Below are positions 59,380 through 64,000 of a stretch of 64,000 nt of DNA, in pieces; the first letter of the stretch is position 1, and every line of letters starts with the position of its first letter. Origin of the DNA: a virus (lineage: Duplodnaviria; Caudoviricetes); IMG/VR virus record IMGVR_UViG_3300044655_001017; one strand, 5' to 3'. The translations under genes and the position numbers were made by a program. A model generated the notes under the pieces. That model had not been told where the DNA came from. It saw nothing but the letters and a program-made list of their open reading frames with translations, and made no database searches.

Positions 59380-60252
59380 TTAGTACATTGATTCCATTTG
59401 AATGCCACGTTTACTTAACTCAGCACCTAATGCTTGTAATTGGTTATCACCGGCTCTAGCAATAGCAGTTCTAACTTCATGTGCAATTTTTGGATCAAGT
59501 TGAGAAAGTACATGTTGTATAATACCTTGTACCTGCAAGTTTTGTTGACCTCTGTTATCTTCCGGTTTAGGTTCAGGTTTTTTAACTAAATCACTATTTC
59601 TATGATAGTCTTTTTTCTGTGTAGAAATATATGCATCACCTTGTTTTTTTAATTTAATGCCGGTTGACATATCTTTACTATAATTAGTTGCGTTGGATTT
59701 TTTAGTTGCCCATTGTCTAATGTAACGCGCTAATGAAGATCCTGCATTTTGCAAATCCATATCTTCAATAAGTTTACCAAGTTGAATCATAACACTTGGT
59801 AATTTTTCATCAATTGCATCCATTAGTTTACCGTATGTTTGCTTTTCTTTTTGACGTACTGCAGCGTCCATGTTTACTGGTAAATTTGCTAACTCGTGCA
59901 AGCCGTCAATACGTTTAAATTGAGGTACTTGCGATAATGCAATAAGTGGTGACTTTAAACCAACTACTGCCTTTTCTGATCCTCGGCCTAAGCTACGCGT
60001 TCCAACTGACATATAGTTTTCAGTAAACCATTTTGATCTAACTGATGCTAGTCTAAGAGTAGCAGCTGCAATATGTTTTTCTACAAGTGCTACTTCCATT
60101 TCATTTGATGGATCTTCAACATTTAAATCATATTCAGATAAAATGTCAGGTAACGTAATGCTATATAACGTAGATAAGCTTCTTGCTTTTCTAATCAATT
60201 CGTCTGTAAGATCTGAAGCACTTCTAGCTTCCATTAATTCTTGTATTCTCAT
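59380..60252 (-). CDS. helical hypothetical late protein (MRIQELME start)
   Basis: 290-aa ORF; TAAATA late promoter near 60286. Confidence 0.7.
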   Translation of the reverse strand: MRIQELMEARSASDLTDELIRKARSLSTLYSITLPDILSEYDLNVEDPSNEMEVALVEKHIAAATLRLASVRSKWFTENYMSVGTRSLGRGSEKAVVGLKSPLIALSQVPQFKRIDGLHELANLPVNMDAAVRQKEKQTYGKLMDAIDEKLPSVMIQLGKLIEDMDLQNAGSSLARYIRQWATKKSNATNYSKDMSTGIKLKKQGDAYISTQKKDYHRNSDLVKKPEPKPEDNRGQQNLQVQGIIQHVLSQLDPKIAHEVRTAIARAGDNQLQALGAELSKRGIQMESMY

Positions 60253-60329
60253 GGATAATCCTTTTTGTAATAATATAGTGTATTTAGCAGTTTTTAGTTG
60301 ACTTTTAACAATATTACTGTATAATGTGT

Positions 60330-60640
60330 TAATAGTATACGTTATCTATGCAAAAATCCATATTTTAAATGGGATTTTGTAGTTCTGTACTATATATTAT
60401 ATGTTTCGAGAGAAACTGAGATAGTTGGATTGAGAGATGTAATCAATCCTGCGAGTCTTGGCCAAATTAGAAACCCGCGAAATTCGGGAAGCCAGGCTTG
60501 CCAAAGGTGCAACATGCAGTTTATGTTGTGGCTGATGGAGAAGACGTCACGAACAAAATGGGTTCAAAGAACCTCGTGCAGTTTACTCCCTTAATGTAAT
60601 GTGCAGTTATTTTAATGCACACCAAGTGAAAGGAGAAAAA
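60330..60640 (+). ncRNA. candidate structured 5' leader of rlpA
   Basis: About 300 nt between the promoter near 60297-60325 and the SD-supported ATG at 60641; several hairpins. Confidence 0.4.
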
Positions 60641-61147
60641 ATGAAAAATTCACTAATAACAGGGCTTCTTGCCCTTTCAATAATTACCACCGTAGCTCCA
60701 GTAAATGCAGCTACTAAACATTCAACTGACAATCATTCAATACAACACAGTATACATAAAAAAACTAAACACCTGCATTATAAGCATAGACTTAGATCAG
60801 CACATACATCTAACGAAATGCAAGGTATAGCTAGTTGGTATGGTTACGAGTCCGGCCCGAGATATCGTCGCAGACCTAAAACTGCAAACGGAGAATATTT
60901 TAGTCCAAAAGAACTAACTGCAGCACATAAGTTTTTACCATTTGGAACTATAGTTGAAGTAACTAATTTAGCTAATAACCAAACAGTATTAGTTAGAATA
61001 AATGATAGAGGTCCCTTTTCTAAAGGTAGAATTATTGATTTATCAAAGGCTGCTGCAAAAGCAATTGGAATATCTGGAGTTCAAAAAGTATCTTTAGCTA
61101 TCAAGTCCTTCTCTGATAAATACAAGGCAAAACTAATTACCACATAG
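60641..61147 (+). CDS. rlpA: RlpA-family lytic transglycosylase (DPBB domain)
   Basis: Signal peptide; [42 protein letters not shown]; AAGGAG SD supports start 60641 rather than 60599. Confidence 0.9.
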   Translation: MKNSLITGLLALSIITTVAPVNAATKHSTDNHSIQHSIHKKTKHLHYKHRLRSAHTSNEMQGIASWYGYESGPRYRRRPKTANGEYFSPKELTAAHKFLPFGTIVEVTNLANNQTVLVRINDRGPFSKGRIIDLSKAAAKAIGISGVQKVSLAIKSFSDKYKAKLITT

Positions 61148-61155
61148 AAGGTCAC

Positions 61156-61566
61156 ATGAATCCATTAGGAAAAATTACGGTTATTACACCTCCGGATAAA
61201 TTTTTTAATTTAGATGTTGGTTATTTGTTAGTAAAACCATCAACGCACGTATTAGAACAATTTCATGCAATTATTGGTGAAAGTGATGAAGATATTAATA
61301 TTTTCATATATGATACCGATGAAGCAGACATTGATTGGTTACTAAGTGTTACACACCAAGTAGCAGTAGTAATTATTGATGTTGATAATTGTGATCCGAT
61401 TACTAAATCTTTTGTCACATTTATGCTTACCCATCCTAATGCATACTATATAACTAACGACGAACTAACACCTTACCATCTAATCTCTAAAAATAGAATA
61501 TATGATTTAGATTGGATTGTAGAACAAATTAACAATGAGGAAGATGATGATAACAATGCAGAATAG
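61156..61566 (+). CDS. hypothetical protein
   Basis: 136-aa ORF coupled to bS21. Confidence 0.6.
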   Translation: MNPLGKITVITPPDKFFNLDVGYLLVKPSTHVLEQFHAIIGESDEDINIFIYDTDEADIDWLLSVTHQVAVVIIDVDNCDPITKSFVTFMLTHPNAYYITNDELTPYHLISKNRIYDLDWIVEQINNEEDDDNNAE

Positions 61567-61792
61567 AGTTAAAGTAACAATGCGCGAAAATGAAAACATT
61601 ACACAATCGTTAAGACGATTTAAGCGCAAAGTTGAAGACTCTGGAAAATTAGAAACGTTACGTAAAAAAGAGTTTTACGAAAAACCAACTACGAAACGTA
61701 AACGAGAAGCAGGTGCAGCAAAGGCACGGTATCGTAAAAAACTGCAAAAAGAAGCAAACCCAGTAGCTGTAAATCGCAAACGTATGTACTAA
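61556..61792 (+). CDS. rpsU: ribosomal protein bS21
   Basis: VTMRENENITQSLRRFKRKVEDSGKLETLRKKEFYEKPTTKRKR. Confidence 0.93.
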   Translation: MQNRVKVTMRENENITQSLRRFKRKVEDSGKLETLRKKEFYEKPTTKRKREAGAAKARYRKKLQKEANPVAVNRKRMY

Positions 61793-61841
61793 TCAAACAA
61801 ACTTCTGATTAATCTTTTGTTTAGCATACAATAAATACAGT

Positions 61842-63143
<1,302 letters not shown>

Positions 63144-63199
63144 CAACTAAATACACATATCGGAATGACATATCATTCTATTATTTAGGAGAATAACAA

Positions 63200-64000
63200 A
63201 TGGCAGTACTTAACGAACTCGGTAGAAACAGTGCCGCAATTACATACGGAGCGGTAACAACCGGTGCGGATTTATGGCCTACCTTTGCAACAGTTGATAA
63301 ATGGTTACGTAACGACACACTACAAGGAACCGCAACTGCATCAGATGTAACTGTAACAGGCGTAGGATCATTGTTTATTACACAACTTCGTGTAAACGAT
63401 ATTATCATGCTTGCAGGCCAAAAACGCACAGTAGCATCAATTATTTCAGATTCAAGTTTTACAGTAACAGTTGCTTTTAGTCCATCAATTACACTAGCAT
63501 CGTCTATTAAAATTTTAAATCCAAGTAATTTAGGAACACAACTACTTGGAACGGTTAGCAACACAATCGCAGGATATCCTAATATTACTACTGGTAAAGT
63601 TTCAGTAGTTACAGGTTCGGCTACAGTAACAGGAGTTGGAACTTATTTCTTAAGCGAATGTACAAATGCAGTTGATGCAGTTTCTATAACCGGTACTGTT
63701 GCAATTGGTACTAACGGCACAATTACAGGAACTGGAACTTCATTCTTAACTACGTTGCAACCTGGTGATAGCTTAACAATTAACGATACTGCATATTTTA
63801 CAGTAGCAACAGTTAGTGACGATCTTACTGCAACTGTAAGAGTTGCTCCGGGATCTGCAATTTCTGCAGGTGCTACAATTAAAAAAGCAACTAACGGCGT
63901 TGCAGGTAGATCTATCGCAATTAACGGACGGTTAAGAGTTATTTCTGCAATTATAAGTAATACCGAATTAACTGTAACTGCTACTACACCATTTGATTTT
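63200..64000 (+). CDS. Thr/Gly/Val-rich tail/virion protein, truncated by the window end
   Basis: ATG at 63200 after TAAATA and AGGAG; frame open to 64000 with repeated VTG.G..F motifs; missing from the ORF track. Confidence 0.8.
   Translation, partial: MAVLNELGRNSAAITYGAVTTGADLWPTFATVDKWLRNDTLQGTATASDVTVTGVGSLFITQLRVNDIIMLAGQKRTVASIISDSSFTVTVAFSPSITLASSIKILNPSNLGTQLLGTVSNTIAGYPNITTGKVSVVTGSATVTGVGTYFLSECTNAVDAVSITGTVAIGTNGTITGTGTSFLTTLQPGDSLTINDTAYFTVATVSDDLTATVRVAPGSAISAGATIKKATNGVAGRSIAINGRLRVISAIISNTELTVTATTPFDF

Noticed and set aside
60520-60580. Hammerhead ribozyme or canonical c-di-AMP/c-di-GMP riboswitch in the rlpA leader
   Set aside because: CTGATGGA...GAAC deviates from the CUGANGA...GAAA core, and only short fragments (AACCTCGT, AAACCCG) match the riboswitch consensus.

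Overview
A 64-kb slice of a large, AT-rich, T4-like (myovirus/jumbo-type) bacteriophage genome. The left part (1-27.2 kb, almost all minus strand) is an early/accessory region. It holds a small tRNA cluster with an inserted HNH endonuclease and an odd tRNA-like RNA, about 20 repeated sigma70 promoter-leader cassettes, and many small hypothetical genes. It also holds an array of 25 intact (plus 3 decayed) stand-alone WRLPT/DUF1566 (C-type-lectin-fold) mini-genes, one of which has a clear diversity-generating-retroelement (DGR) variable-repeat codon signature. I found no DGR reverse transcriptase or template repeat in the window. The right part (27.3-64 kb, mostly plus strand) carries genes behind T4-type late promoters (TAAATA), likely virion and virion-packaged proteins, nrdA/nrdB/glutaredoxin, denV, an exonuclease, a PAAR protein and tail-fibre genes. 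Host-type auxiliary genes there include hemA-type 5-aminolevulinate synthase, Fe/Mn SOD, an rfaD-like epimerase, ribosomal protein bS21, rlpA, and a 24-aa PqqA (PQQ precursor peptide) missed by the ORF track, which points to a methylotroph/methanotroph host. Also notable: an A9G -1 frameshift site, a strand-polarised GGCCCCGCTGT motif, and two ORF-free structured leaders. Family names are from motif recognition, not database searches.
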